Shown here: piece by piece, positions 42,101 to 57,900 of the stretch | Layout of the letters: each line of letters starts with the position of its first letter | How positions within the stretch are numbered: the first letter of the stretch is position 1 | Assembly (NCBI GenBank): GCA_964016885.1 | Contig: OZ024758.1 | Span: 6,758,001 to 6,822,000, forward strand | From: Eledone cirrhosa | Taxonomy: Eukaryota | DNA length: 64,000 nucleotides | Direction of reading: 5' to 3' | Position numbers and translations under genes: made by a program | The notes under the pieces: model-generated | Told to the model about the DNA's origin: nothing | Databases searched by the model: none | Seen by the model: only the letters and a program-made list of their open reading frames with translations

Positions 42101-45100
42101 ATGCCATTTTAGACTTAAAATTGGGTATTAATTTTATGGAGCATAAAACATCATATAAAATGACACATGAACAGTTTTAGATAAATCCACAGAGAAAAGG
42201 TTGTGAGAAAAATGAAAAAAAAGTAAACATACTTGATCTTCTGGTCTAACGCGGTCACTTCTTTTCAAAGATCCTGCAACTACCAGGACAGATTTGATAG
42301 CTCTCAGTCCCCAATCATAATGATCCTTCACAGATACAAAAAAAAAAGCCCAAAAGAGAATTAATAAACTTTATTTATCAATCACAGAATGTAAAAACAT
42401 GAGCACAAGTCCTTGCTCTTTCCCTCCTTTCCCTCTCAGTTATGGCATTTATAGTCCTTTTCTTTACTTTCCTATACAGCCAGATCTGCCCTTATTTACC
42501 CCATCACATTTTTTTTCATTACTTAATTTTGTTTTTATCCTTTGTTTTTATATTTACATTATTGTATAACTTTTGTTCAATAAATACAATTTATTAAGTG
42601 TTAAAAAAATAACTGAGAAAACACTCAATTTCTTTTAACATTTTTATAATCTATATAATATAATAAAGGGAGGAGTACGGGACAGCGTCCATTTTATATT
42701 GTTTTATCCCGTTTGTAAAATAAGTTGGATTACTTTGAATAAATAATGAATGAATATTATGTAATTTATCTACTAAATTTTGTAGATATTGATTAAACAT
42801 AAATATTCTTATATATAAAGTATTGCTTATTTTAAGATTCACTTCTATAAAATTTTCAAATATTAACACTTCCAGGTTAACGTCCGTTATATTATAACAC
42901 TTATTACATCACTTATATAAACATTCATATATTTACATTGTTATATAAGGTCACTAATTAGGTCACTAATTTTCTCCCTTTTCGTTTTCATAACCTTTTA
43001 GTTTATTATATATGCAGTTTATATATAATATCGTCTTTTTATAATGTATCATGTATTACTTTACTGATTACAGAAGAGAGTGTAACACAGACTTTATTCA
43101 ATTTCTGTGCACATTGTCAATTAAAATTTCATTTGACGTATCAACACTAGCAGAAAACCATCTGAGGGTGGTTTTTCTGCCAGTGTTTTTATAATGTTTT
43201 TTGATACCAGACTTGGGATTACCACAATGCTCCTAGGCTAGTTCGATTTTATAAATTGATGACATCCAAACTATTAGAATTAGTCACAAACACAATTGTG
43301 ACAAATTGTAATTTTTATGATACCTTAAAGACCAAAATTTATAATTTGGATAAATTTAGACCATTCAACGTTTGTGCTTTTCATGAACTTAGACCAATTA
43401 AAATTAATAAATTTGATCATTGTAACAATATTTACTGAAATAGATGTACAAAATAAACGTGGATTTACCTGTTTCGAGAGAAGTTCTTTACAAAGGCTAT
43501 ACAATGTTATAAACTTTCTTGCTAAAAGACGAGCATCAAGGAAACCCTCAGCTACTAACATGATTTCACAAATCAGTTCAAAATCAGGCACCACCATAGC
43601 ACAAGGTCTGGAAATATAAGAATATTATTCAATGAAATACAATGAAGTAGCTACCGTATTTCCCAGCGTCGAAGACGTCTCGTCCTCAAGGACACACCCT
43701 AATTTTGACAACAAAAATATGAAAGAAAATAATAGACAACCTTCGGCCTCCAGGACTCATGGTAGATTTTTTAGACTTATTTTAGGAAAAAAGTAGCGTC
43801 TTTACGTTTTTAGATAAATATAAACATTAAAAAACAGATTCATTATCATCGTTTAACGTCCATCTTCCACGCTAGCATGGGTTGGACGGTTTTGTCCCCC
43901 TTGAGGCGAGATTTCTGGTAGGTTTTCTATAGCTGACTGCCCTTCCTAACACCAACCACATTTACAGTGTGGACTGGGAGTCTCCTACACGACCACTTTA
44001 CAGTGTGGACTGGGAGCCTTTTTACCGTGTCTCCTACATGACCACTTTACAGTGTGGACTGGGTGTTTTTGTTGTGTCACCTACACGGCCACTTTACAGT
44101 GTGGACTGGGTGATTTTTGTTGTGTCACCTACATAACCACTTTATATTATAGAACTGGGGGTGGGGGTGGGTCAGGTAGGTTGGTATCAAATCAGTTAAA
44201 GTAAATACAAAAAAAAATCTGTAATTTTTTTTTAAAGTGAAACTTACCTAAACAAAGCTTTAAGATTTTCAGGAAGTTCCGTTCGTCCAGCATATCCTGG
44301 GTTCATTGTAATAAAAATTCCAACAGAATGGATAATTTTGATCTTTTCTCCCATGAAATAAAACTGATTTTTCTTATCTTTAATGGCATCCTGGATAGTC
44401 TTTACTTGTACTGCCACCACAGACAGGACTTCAACAGAGATCCGATTAAACTCATCAAAACAGCCCCATGCACCAGATTGGGCCAATCCTTTGTAGATAT
44501 TTCCAATAGACTAAAGAAAAAGATTACATTATTTTTGTATTCTATTGGGTGTTATTGTTGTTCAACAACAACAACAACAACAACCACAGCAACAATAACA
44601 ACAACAACAACAATTATCACTTACTTTATAGTCCATTTGTTCAGAGCAGTTGAAGACATAGACCATAATCCCTAATGCCCTTCCTAAATCCTTAGTTGTT
44701 TCTGTTTTGCCAGTACCAGCTGGACCAGCTGGGGCCCCACTCATGATAAGATGGAGAGACTGAGTCAATGTTATGTAACACCTAAAAACAAATAAAAGAA
44801 ACAAACAACATAAATGAAAACAGAAATAAAGAATGGTTCAAACATTTTCATTACTAATACAAGAGATCAACTTAACTTACTCACTTGCCCACAACAGCAA
44901 GCTAAAGACTTATCTGATAAAGGACTAATGTCTGTATTTGTTCATTTTCCTGTCTATTTTATATAAATGTGCAATGTCAATGTGCATGAACGACCAAGCA
45001 GGGACGAGTTGAGAGTGAAACTGTGCATAAGAGGAATAAACTGTAGTGTGCAGGAGAGAAGACTGTGTTGGTATGGCCAAGAAATCCTGGTGGAAGGAAG

Positions 45101-48100
45101 ATGCAGTGGAGGAAGACCATGAAAAACATGGGCGGAGGTGGTGAGAGCTGACCTCAGATCGCTGAAGCTCATAGAGGAGATGACGAGGGACTGAGTCGAA
45201 TGGAGAGATGCTGTGCTGAAGAAGACCCATCCCATCCTTGCAAGCAGGGAAAAGCGGATATAAAATGATGATGATGATGATGATGATATATATAATATAT
45301 ACATATATATATACATACATATATATATATATGTGTGTGTAAGTAAGTATATCTTACCGATCTGTAAGTGGAGTAATAACAAGTCGAGGAGTATTTCCCA
45401 AGTATTCGTGGCTATATCGAAACTGAGCGTCACAGATATTAGCAAAGCAGTCTTTTTCCTTCTCATCCCAGCGATGTCGTAACTGTGACAGCCAACTAAA
45501 TGCCTGGGAACTTTCTACTTTGGTAGCAATTAGTTTTGAAACCACATCCCTTGCATGTACATCAATGGTACAAATGGTCATGATTTTCTGACGATCTCCT
45601 TTGCTTAGATCTCCAAGTAACATGTTGATTAATGCATTAAGTTGACTGACCTGACAAAAAAACATTCAACATAAAGTGATGTGGATGGGTGTGTGGTGAA
45701 ATATAATGACTAAAACAAAGGATCTTAATGAAGGACCCTCAAAATAATGGTTTCTTATAGAGGCACAAGGCCAGCAATTTGGGGGAGGGGGAAAGTTGAT
45801 TAAATCGACCTCAGTGCGTGACTGGTACTTTATTTTATCGACCCCATAAGGATGAAAGGCAAAGTTAACCTCAGCGAGATTTGAACTCAAATCATAAAGG
45901 GCCTTAACTCTATGCTGCAAAGCATGGCGTCCGACCCTCTACCAATACTGCCAATACACCGCCCTCAAGGTCCCTGAAAATAATAAATTGAAGAAGGGAT
46001 AATAAGTGAGTGAAGTTCAAAGTTAGAGGCATTTATTTTATTAAATCAATACAATAACAGAACTTTTGTTACAGTTTGGGGATTGGAGGGGCTTAAGTAT
46101 ATATACTGTACATGTGTATTATTATTATTAGTTCAGACTAGGGCGGTGAATTGGTAGTATCAGTAGAGTCTCGGACACCATGCTTTACAGCATTGGAGTT
46201 ATGGCCCTTTATGTTCTGAGTTCAAATCCTGCTGAGGTTAACTTTGCCTTTCATCCTTACAGGGGTCGATAAAATAAAGTACCAGTGATACACTGGGGTA
46301 ATTGCTGGCCTTGTGCCAAAAGTAGAAACATTATTATCTCAGACTTTCTTTTATCACCAATACAAGACTAAGAAAGAAAACCTGAACATAACATATTTAG
46401 GGTCCATAGAAAAGCAGTGAAAAAACTAAGCCACAAGTATATTGAAACAAATTATTGGAGGGTCTTAAGTCTCAAGAAACCCTTAATGCTTGAATGGGTA
46501 TTTTAAGGCCCTTTACCTTACTAAAAGAGGGATTAGACTTGTAAATCATATGACAAGCTTCTCCATTTTACCTTATTGGTTGCATCCCCACTCCTCAAAC
46601 CCCAACGACCACCACCAACACCAGCACAACCATGACAACCACCACCATCACCACAACAACGACCACCATGACCACCATCACCACTCCTCAAACCATCACC
46701 ACCACTACCACCACCATCACCACAACCACCACCACCATCATCATCACTCCTCACGCCACCACTACCGCCACCATCACCACAACCACAACCACCATCACCA
46801 CCACAACCACCACCATCACCATCAACACCCCCCCCCCACAAGCAGCACCCCACCACCCCACCACCAAACACACACACACACACACACACAATATGATATA
46901 CATTTCCCCCCCTCCCAACACTACTTTTTCTTTCCTTGACTGTTTACCTGCTTTTTAAAATAGTCCCTCATGGCATTCTCATAACCTTCTTCAAGTCGAA
47001 CAAATGCCATGTTAACATCTGCAGTCCACCAGATCTGTGTTCCACATAAAGCAACCTGAGCTGGGAAGTCAAATATCCAGTTCTCTCGAGGTTTCTCTTC
47101 ATATTCAATTACGGCTGTCGTCATCTGAAATCTCACTGTATTTCTCATGTGATCTAACACATTATTCAACCAAATTTCAACCTGGAAGAATTAAAATTTT
47201 ATTTATAAATACACTTTCTGATCATTGTTTTTCTAGTTTATCTTATGAGGGTAAACTGAAAAGTTCATAGGCTGACTATGTTAGCGCTGTGAAATCTTGC
47301 ATGCATTAATTTAAACATCACATCTCCCATGACTTTCGGAGACATTTTTTCACGTTCAGAGTTGCTGAAGCATGGAACAAACTACCTGTATGAGTTTTTA
47401 GCTGCCGAGACACTGCATCCTTTAAAACCTCCATACTTGCTGAAATTCTCCAACACTACACCTGATATCCCCCTCCATACATACACACATGTATATCATG
47501 ACTCATATACTGTTCACTTTCCTGACATTTTTACATTATTCTATGTACTATACATGCACCTTTGATGAGTTGTAGTGCACCTGAGCACTGTACACAATAA
47601 TTTCATTATTATTATTATTTCAGATAAACCACACCTCGAGACATACAAAATACGTCTGCAGCTACAAGTTCTACAGACAATTGAATACCAGGGCAACAAG
47701 GCTACACTGATATTCATATGTCCTTGCTTGCCTCAAGTTAAAAGATCTTGTAGCTAGGATTGAAAAAAAAACAACTATAAATGACTATCTGTATATGTAG
47801 TTTTATATCATCATCATCATCACCATCATCACTTTTTGTCATGACACCTACATGACCACTTTATAGTGTTGACACGGCACTTTTTGTCATGACACCTAAA
47901 TGACAACTATACAGTGTGGACTGGGCACTTTTTATCCTGTCTCCAACACAACCCCTTCACTGGTTGAGCTGGGTGCTTTTGTCATGTCACCGCCATGCCC
48001 ACTTTACAGTGTGGGCTGGGCATTTATTGTTATGTCCTACAACCACCCCAACCACTCCACAGAACGGACCGGGTACTTTCTGTCGTACCACCAATATGAT

Positions 48101-51100
48101 CTCCTTACTTATATGTGCATGTATTTTGCTACAGACTACCTAAACAAATATTTATGACCCCTAGTGAATATGCAATGAATGTGATGTGCTTTAAGCCTGA
48201 ACACATTAGGATGGTGGTAAGCTTCTGGTTGGTATCTGAGCTATTTCACATTAATTAACTCAGGTACCAGTTTAGGTAGGAAGGGCATCCAGCCTTAGAA
48301 AGCTTGTCATACAAGGGGTTAAGAGGATCCATCAGTTTGTGTCAAAAGACACAACAACTTCTCTGCACTTCATAAGCAAGATACAGACCCCTCGACCTGT
48401 CTGGGAAGTCAGTAACCCCATTTCACTACTGACTTGTTCTATGTAGACCCATCCAACCCTTGCTAGCAGGGAAGGTGGACATTAAATGATAATAATGATA
48501 AATCTATGCTGTTCCATAATAGAAATCCAAATTCAACCTACCAGCTTCCAAACTATTTTTTCAGAATTCCATCTGATATATTTAAAATTCTTACCTGTCC
48601 AGAGCAGTCACATAATTCACTAAGATCTATGGTTTCACCATCTTTGCTAAACATCATTGTTGCCCATTTGCTGTTTGGTTGAAATTGAAGCTTAGCAAGA
48701 CTGTCAAACAGTTTTACAAGGTGGACACAAACCTGAAATTTAACATTAATATTAATATTAAGTAAATTTTTGAAGAATTTTAATAAGATTTTGACAGTAG
48801 ATTTATCTGTGGTGCTGATATATTAGATATGAAAAGGTAGAGATAATGGCCTATCTATTAATAAAGTGAAACTATATATATATTGGAAGTTGGAGTCTGA
48901 GAACTAGATACAGAGACTTCCAACACATCTGTTGATTGGTTCATATGACCTTACTAAATAAATTGGCAGGTTCCTAACATTTACTATTTTCATTATAAAC
49001 TCTAAATTCTTTCATTGACCAATAACTGTCACAGTTTATTATAAGGAATTATAAGGAATTCTCAAAGCAAAACGTTTCGTCTATTTGTTTTGAAATTGGA
49101 TTTAAATTTTAATCCAATTTCAAAGTGAATAAACATTTTTCTCTAAGAGTTCTTTATTGGAGCATAAAGTTATGGCCCTTTACGTTCTGAGTTCAAATCC
49201 CGCTGAGGTTAAACTTTGCCTTTCATCCTTACAGGGTCGATAAAATAAAGTACCAGTAATGCAGTCTGGTTGATTCAGTCGACTTTCCCCTCCCAAAATT
49301 GATGGCTTTGTGGCTCCAGTTGAGCTCAGCTCTGCCTTTCATCCTTATGGTGGGGGGGGGGTCTATAAAATAAAGTACTAGTCATGCACTGGGGTAATTT
49401 CTGGCCTTGTGCCAAAAGTAGAAACAATTATTTTATGTTTGAGAAATGGGCAAAAATCCAAACCTAATTTATGTAGAATTTAAAGCTGGCCCAATATTTT
49501 ATGCCTGGGAAATGGGCAAAAAAATGAGCAAACATTAAAGTTTGACGTGAAAAATCATCAAAATATTGACCGCCCTGCCCCTCGAATATAAGTCAACCCT
49601 CCGTTCTACCATTGATTTTTTGGTCACATACTCAGCACATTAAAGTTTGACGTGAAAAATCATCAAAATATTGACCGCCCTGCCCCTCGAATATAAGTCA
49701 ACCCTCCGTTCTACCATTGATTTTTTGGTCACATACTCAGCTTATATTTGAGTATATAAGGTATATCGAGGATTAAAGTAACACTTACTGCAATTGGATC
49801 ATTTCCAGTAGATAGAATATCAAGAAGATCGCTGGAGGAAACAAAATAAAACCGAGGAAAAGCTAAGCGCTTTGTCTCCAAGTATTCGGCTAAAGCTTTT
49901 TCACATTTGACCAATTCTGTTTGTATTGATTCCAGACGGGAATACAAGTTTGGCCTATCTAATGCTTTGATTACATTTGTGGTAACCTCAACTTCAGAAA
50001 CTATTTGCTACAAAGATACAGAAAGAAAAAGAAACAAGAGTTTGTAATATATATGTTTCAAAATGTTCAATATATAGGATGCAGTTATAAAAAATAGAAT
50101 AAAACTATATATTGAGACATTGTACAAGTTACCACGTGATTATATGGTCATTTGTTTCAAGAATATAGCCTCTATGATACACCCTCAATGGTTCTTCATG
50201 ATATTGTGAAATTTAGTATATTGAATATGTTTGTTTTTCATTTCAATTATCTATATATTACTAAAACTCTGTGATTGTTTGCTTGCTTGCTTGTCTGTAA
50301 TGTAATACAGCGAAAAGGGTGCATAATGGGAAAATACTTTGAAAGGAAGTTGACCCTGAAATGAGAATACAAATGGAATAAAACAAATTTTGTGTAAATT
50401 GGATCACAGGTTCCTGAGATATGGGGTTTTTCTGGGTACCTTCATGAACAAAGAGAGAGAAGGATAGAGAGAAAGAGATAGTGGTTGTGAGAGAGTAGAC
50501 TGAAAGAGAGACATAGAGAGAGGGAGAGGAGACAGAGAAGGAGAATGGAAGAGAGAGAGAGCTGGTGGTGTTGTTGTGTATATATATACATGAGTGTGTG
50601 TATGTGTGTGTGTGTGTGTATATATATGAGTGTGTGTATGTGTGTGTATATGACCAGTGTGTATAGATCACAGACACCCACATAGATATATATACACACA
50701 CACATATATACATATATATATGTATACACACACACATATTTGTATATATACATACACACACGTATATATATAGGCCTTCCAGTTTCATTTCACTTTATAT
50801 ACATGTCTGTGAATATTTTAATCATTTAAAAATTATTTTTAAGTGAACATAATTTTTTAAAAATATATTTTGAATTGAACGTGACCCAATGGGTCATGGG
50901 TGGTCTAGTTTTATAATGTACTTGAGTCAGCATATATAATACTCAAACCAATAGAAAAGAAAATTACCTTAAAGTCGACATTGATTCTATCAAATCTCTT
51001 GCAATCTTCTGGCAGTTGTCGACGAATGTCTTCAGATTCTGTAAAGATGCTCTCAAGATGAGACCAGGTTCGCTGTACCTCCATCCAAATGTGAATTGTT

Positions 51101-54100
51101 TGGTCAGTGTTTGATAGTTTCTTCTGCCAGTATGATACTTCAGTTTGGAAGAAATCAATATATTTTGATGTTAACATATTCTGCAGCTGAGCCTAAACAA
51201 GATAATCAATTAAAGTTGAATGACTAAATTGTATCGATTCCATGTGTGCTTTAAGTACTTACTTCTCCTGTGCATCTGCCACATATAAAGTTTTAATTAA
51301 TCTGCTGCAATCACATATATGTACACACACACAGACACACATATGTACCAGTTAAAGGGGAAAAAAATAGAAGATAGGGTGAAAATGAAAAGAGGAAGAA
51401 AGCAAACATTTCCTTAATCCTTTAGCATTTAAACCAGTTATATCCAGCCAGAATTCTCTCACCTCTTTCTGTTCAAACAAGCCATAACCGGCTGCCCATA
51501 CTGATGTTAAGGTATTGTTCTCAAAATAAATAATATCAAAATCTCATTGATTCGATATTATGCGAGATAAATCCTTTACTGCAAAAATACAATAGTAAAT
51601 ATAGAGTAATGTAAATGCTAAAGGGTTAAGTCACCTAGATAGCAGAAGCTATCAACTACGTCTATGGATCCTTCCTGTGACTGGAAAAGGTTTATATCAT
51701 TAGCACTCTTCCTCTTGATTTCTCCTGTGCTTCTTCTACAGGCAAAGTTCTCCCTTCCTGTTAGTCTACTTGAGCCTTCATAAAGAGGTAAAGATGCAGA
51801 AACACTACAATATTACCTGATTCTCTTCCAGTATTTCAATTAGTTCTTCACTGGTGTGTAGCAAGGTAAGACCAGTTCTAGCATGTTTGATATGCTCAAA
51901 TTCTTGAATTGCCCACGTCTCATTAATATCTTTCAAAAACTTTTCCATGGTGGTTTCTTTGCCAGCTTTATCTACAATGTTTTTAACTTCATCTTCATAG
52001 TTATGGAGATTTAAAGACATAAGATCGGCTAATGTAGTTGTTTCATCCATTTTAATGTTAACCTGAAAAGTAATGAAAAAAAACACACAGGATTATTTGT
52101 ACATACTTTATAGTAGGCATGTCAAACTGAGGGTTCCCTGAGGGCCACGAGGGTCACATATGTTGTCTGAGGGCCACACACAACAACTAATTGTGCACAT
52201 TACAACTAATTTTTTTATTTTATATTACAAAGATAAAACATGTTCGTGCTGTAAAAACCTTTGTGTGGGCTGGAGGTTTGCTTGTAAAGGGCCACATATG
52301 GCCTGTGGGTCGCATGTTTGACAAGCCTGCTTTGTAGCTCAGATCATTGGAAGTTGAGGAAGAGGAGAAGAGAGAGAAGAAAAACAGATACTGTGATGAA
52401 ATAGAATAATTTAGTGTAGTGAAAGGTGTGATATGATATTTTCTATAGCAATAGAGTGTTTTAGAAATGAATGTAATGTCTTGTGGCAACTATTACATAT
52501 AGCAATAGAAATAGAAGCTATATTGACTAAATAACAGTCTAATAGTGGGGCATATAAAACATGTTTACAGGTACCCAACTTTTCCCATTCAGTGGGTTTA
52601 TACACTCCATTATAAGACTGTTATTTAGTCAATATTATGGTATAGTTTTTTTATTTTATTTCTACTTCAATTATAAACTTTGCTCGCCATTTTCCAAACA
52701 TACTTCCTAATGAAACATGGTTTTATAAAAACCCAAAATTCATTCACCTTTGTGGCTACCATAAGCTGGAGCCAGTGACGATCTCGAATAGCAGGGCTCT
52801 GTAAATCTCCAATAGCACGAAGCGATGTTATTACATTCTTCACATTACTTTCAACTCCCATATAAACATCCCATGCTTTCAATTCTTTATCCATCATCCT
52901 GATATCCTTTGAAAATATCTTACAAGATGTATCCATCTGGTCCACATTAATATCTGCCCATAGTGTGCGTTTCCATTCTTCAATACTGGAACATACAATT
53001 TCAATATAGTCCCAAAGATGCTTCAACAAACGTAGATCTCTGCGGCATTGCTTCAGTTGTTTAAAGTCAGAAATGTTCACTTCAAACAGAGCAGCAGAAA
53101 TCTGGAGACTTTCCATTTTTTTCTCCATTGCATTTATTTCCAGATTAGTCTAAAACAATAAAACCAGAAATAGCTGTTAGTCAATGATTTAATTAATATT
53201 TCTTTCAAATAGAATTCAATTAAGTTCCTTAACCTTTTAGCATTTACATTACTCTTTATTTACTATTATATTTTCATGGTAAAGGCTTTACCTCACATAA
53301 TTATTTCACATAATATCGAATCTATGAGATTTTGATATTATATATTTTGAGAACAATACCTTAACGTAAGTATAAGCAGCCAGTTACAGCCGGTTTGAAC
53401 AGAAAGAGTTGAGAGAATTCTAGCCAGATATGGCCGGTTTAAATGCTAAAGGGTTAATTAAATATACAAAAATTATCAATAACAGAGTATGATAGCCATT
53501 GCTTCTTTACTATTTTATATTCTGTATCACATTAAATCCTATTAATAAAATACTCCTGAAAAGTACAAAACAGCACAATGACTATCACATTAACAATTGA
53601 AGTCTTTCTATTTATATTGCAAATTTTCCCAATGAACTCTCCGCAAGTAAAGATACAACAAATATATGAATTAACAAACTATCTTCTTCTTTGCCCACTT
53701 ATTCTTGCATTAGCCTTGGACACAGGGTCCTCAAACACTCCTTCCAGTGGGTCCTATCACAAGCAGCCATCTCCAACTAATCTGGCTGGATCCCCAAGCG
53801 AGACCAGCCAAGCTCATGGATGTTAGCCAACCATCTTGCTCAGGGTCTATCTCTGGGTCTCCTACCTGTTGGCTTTGCCCATAAAATCTGTCCAGTGATA
53901 CTTTCCTAAGACATTCTAACCATATGCTCACAAAATTGGAGCTTTGATTTCCCACTTTGGAGAAGTAGTGGCTCTACTGATTGCCAAGCTATGCACATTA
54001 TTGAGTAATGTTACTTCAAAAACCCTTCAGAGGAACCCCATTTTGGCCTGCTTCATAGTTGAGTGGTCGGCAACTAAATCAGCTCCCCCACGGACCCTGG

Positions 54101-54622
54101 TCAGGAGAGGAAGGTAAGTGGAACCCCAAGGAGTATGAATACAAGAGCTGTTAAAAGTGCAGATGAACTCCTCAGAGTCAACGGCCATCCACTCCAACTA
54201 TGGGTTAAATAGCCTCACCAACCCACAATTGACCAAGTGGGGGTGAGTAAGGCTGACATGACTAAAACCAAGCAAACAATGGTGGAGGTCAACCAGGGAG
54301 GGGTTCCTCCAACAGGAGTGAAAAGGGCCTGGATTGGATGGGATGTGAATTAAGAATATAAAACAATTGATATAACAGAATTATTTGTACTCACACGATC
54401 CAGTATCTCATAAGCATTTTCACATGTATATTTAAATGCTTCTAAAGTGCAGAATATTTCTCGATATTTAATTTGTTTAACATCAAACACTGCCACCTTC
54501 TTTCGGACATTGTTCACTTCTGCTGCTTGCAAAGGTGCTACATATTGTTTGACAGTGATGGCAGTCTTCTTAGTGCTGTTCCATTTATCAGGAAGTTTCT
54601 AGAAGTTGATATAAACATACAC

Positions 54623-54701
<79 letters not shown>

Positions 54702-54776
54702 GACATTTTAAACAGAAATCCATGTCATAAAAGAACAATAGGTTCATCTCCTACCTACCCAAGTGTATGTTTGTGC

Positions 54777-54852
<76 letters not shown>

Positions 54853-54873
54853 ATGTTTGTGTGTATGTGTGTA

Positions 54874-54905
<32 letters not shown>

Positions 54906-57900
54906 CAAAAAAACCTTCTGAATGGAAAAAAGGATGAGTATTGATGTACATGGGACACAAACCCACATCTTTGGTTTGCTGGACCAATGTGTTACCATTA
55001 CACCAACACGCCACCCATGCTTCCTTCCATTCAATTAGAATGGTAACACATTGGTCCGGCAAACCAAAGATGTGGGTTTGTGTCCCATGTACTCATCCTT
55101 TTTTCCATTCAGACTAATTCTATGTAGTCAAATACGGCATAATATCTAGATTTATATATAAATATATTTACATTTATATATAAATATATTTACATTTATA
55201 TATAAATATATTTACATTTATATATAAATATATTTACATTTATATATAAATATATTTACATTTATATATAAATATATTTACATTTATATATAAATATATT
55301 TACATTTATATATAAATATATTTACATTTATATATAAATATATTTACATTTATATATAAATATATTTACATTTATGTAAATTATATATAGATTTATATAT
55401 GAATAAATGTAATCTGAGTTTTTTTAATATTAATAATAATATTCGATTCGTTTGCAATTATGCAAACAGCCTCTTTTAAAGCCATGTCAGTAGAATGACG
55501 CCATCATTCTTGCTCTTGTGTTGGCATGTATATATAGATTTATATTTAAATATAAAAAGACTTATATTTAAATATACAAAGATTTATATTTAAAGATGAT
55601 GATGATTTATATATAAATATACCTATGCTAGTGCGGAAGAATGGATGTTAAGCGATGATGATGATAGATTTATATTTGAATTTATTTAGATTTACGTGTT
55701 AGGTAATTCCAAAGAAAAAGCAAAGGAAAAAAAAGAGTGCTCTATGTATAGAACAGAGCTATTTAATTAGAAAGTGAACAACATAAAATATATATAAATT
55801 TATATATGAATATATATATAGATAACATCTCTGTCTGATGACTGATCCAGACGTATATTAATATTGTCTGTGATACAGAAACCTTTGGTAATGGAGTAGT
55901 TATATTTTGTGTCGTTCACTTTCCAATATATTTATATTTATATTTAAAAAACTCTAAAATATTTTTGTTGCAGTTTCTATTTAAGATTCCTCGCTACTGC
56001 AATAACAGCTTACCTCAATTTGTTTATGGACATATTCAGGCATTTCTTGTTCATAGGTCTTCAGTAACTCTATTTTTTGTTTCAGAGGTTCAAACATCAT
56101 ATCTGTGTCATCTTGGCGTTTATAGACAGCATTAAGATGTTCCATAACAACCACCAAATTGTCATAGTCACCTGCTTCGGCAGTTTTACTCAAACCTTCA
56201 TCAGTCACTTCAATAAAATGTTCAAGTTCATTTAGACTGGAAATAAAATAGAGACACTCTGAGCATAGAAAAAATACAGCATTGTTTTAATTAAATCAGT
56301 CTCATATGACGGTCAGCTGAAAGGTTCACAGGCTGATTATGAAGGAGTGAAGTGATGCTAGAGCTGTGAAATCTTACGTGGATTAATTTCAACTCTTCTT
56401 ATTAATAACAGCATTGTTTCTTTCCAGGGAGTATGTTGAAAAATAAACCTCATTTGGTCATTCCATGAGGCTATCTTGGTCAGCGTATGAACCTTTCAGC
56501 CGCACATAACATTGTAAAATTTCCCCAACGACTGAAATCTACCTTCTACTACTTACCTATCAATCACATTGTCAATCAAATATTGTTTCAACATAAAACT
56601 CCACTTCTTAATGATGTTCAGCAAGCCATACTTAAATGGTTTAACATCTACACGGAACCAGTAGTCAAAAATGATTATCATATTTATGCCACTAGCTTCT
56701 TCATAAACCGATTCAAATGTATCAATCTAAAGAAAGAAGAGTGAAAAACAAAACACAAAACATATTATTATCATCCTAATTGAGGGAAGACTTTTGTTTT
56801 CATATCTGTTAAATTTGCCTTTCATCCTTACGGGGTCGATAAAATTAAGTACCAGTAATGCATTAGGTAATTGCTGGCCTTGTGCCAAAAGTAGAAACAA
56901 TTATGAAACTAAAGATAAGTGTCAATTCTTAACCTTTTAGCATTTACATTACTCTATATTTACTATTGGATTTTCATGGTAAACACTTTATCTCACAAAA
57001 TATCTCACATAATATTGAATCTATGAGATTTTGATATTATTTATTTTGAGAACAATACCTTAACATCAGTATGAGCGACATGTTACAGCATGTTTGAACA
57101 GAAAGTGGTTAGAGAATTCTGGCCGGGTATGGCCGTTTTAAATGCTTAAGGGTTAAGAAAGTCCTTGAACAGTTAATCAATAAAGATTTCAAAACCTGTT
57201 ATGACACTAATGTATAACTAAAATTATTAGTCAGCATTTATAAAAAATTATAAAGTTTTCTTTTTTTGTTATTCACAACTTTTTAATAGTAAAATTTCAT
57301 AGTTCTACAATGGTACAAAAGATGAAGGATTTTGTTTTTATGGAATAACAGTTTCTGATATAATGATCTTCAAAAAAAACAGAAACTACACACCTTATGG
57401 ATTAACAGTTTCTGATATAATCATCTTCAAAGAAAACAGAAACCACACATCTTATGGATTAACAGTTTCTGATATAATCATCTTCAAAGAAAACAGAAAC
57501 CACACATCTTATGGATTAACAGTTTCTGATATAATCATCTTCAAAGAAAACAGAAACCACACATCTTATGGATTAACAGTTTCTGATATAATCATCTTCA
57601 AAGAAAACAGAAACCACACATCTTATGGATTAACAGTTTCTGATATAATCATCTTCAAAGAAAACAGAAACTACACATCTTATGGATTAACAGTTTCTGA
57701 TATAATGATCTTCAAAGAAAACAGAAACCACACATCTTATGGATTAACAGTTTCTGATATAATCATCTTCAAAGAAACTACACACAGAAACTACACATCT
57801 TATGGATTAACAGTTTCTGATATAATCATCTTCAAAGAAAACAGAAACTACACATCTTATGGATTAACAGTTTCTGATATAATGATCTTCAAAGAAAACA

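Noticed and set aside
49040-49157. AT-rich inverted repeat
   Set aside because: Short perfect core, no ribozyme core or TSD; probably a decayed element.
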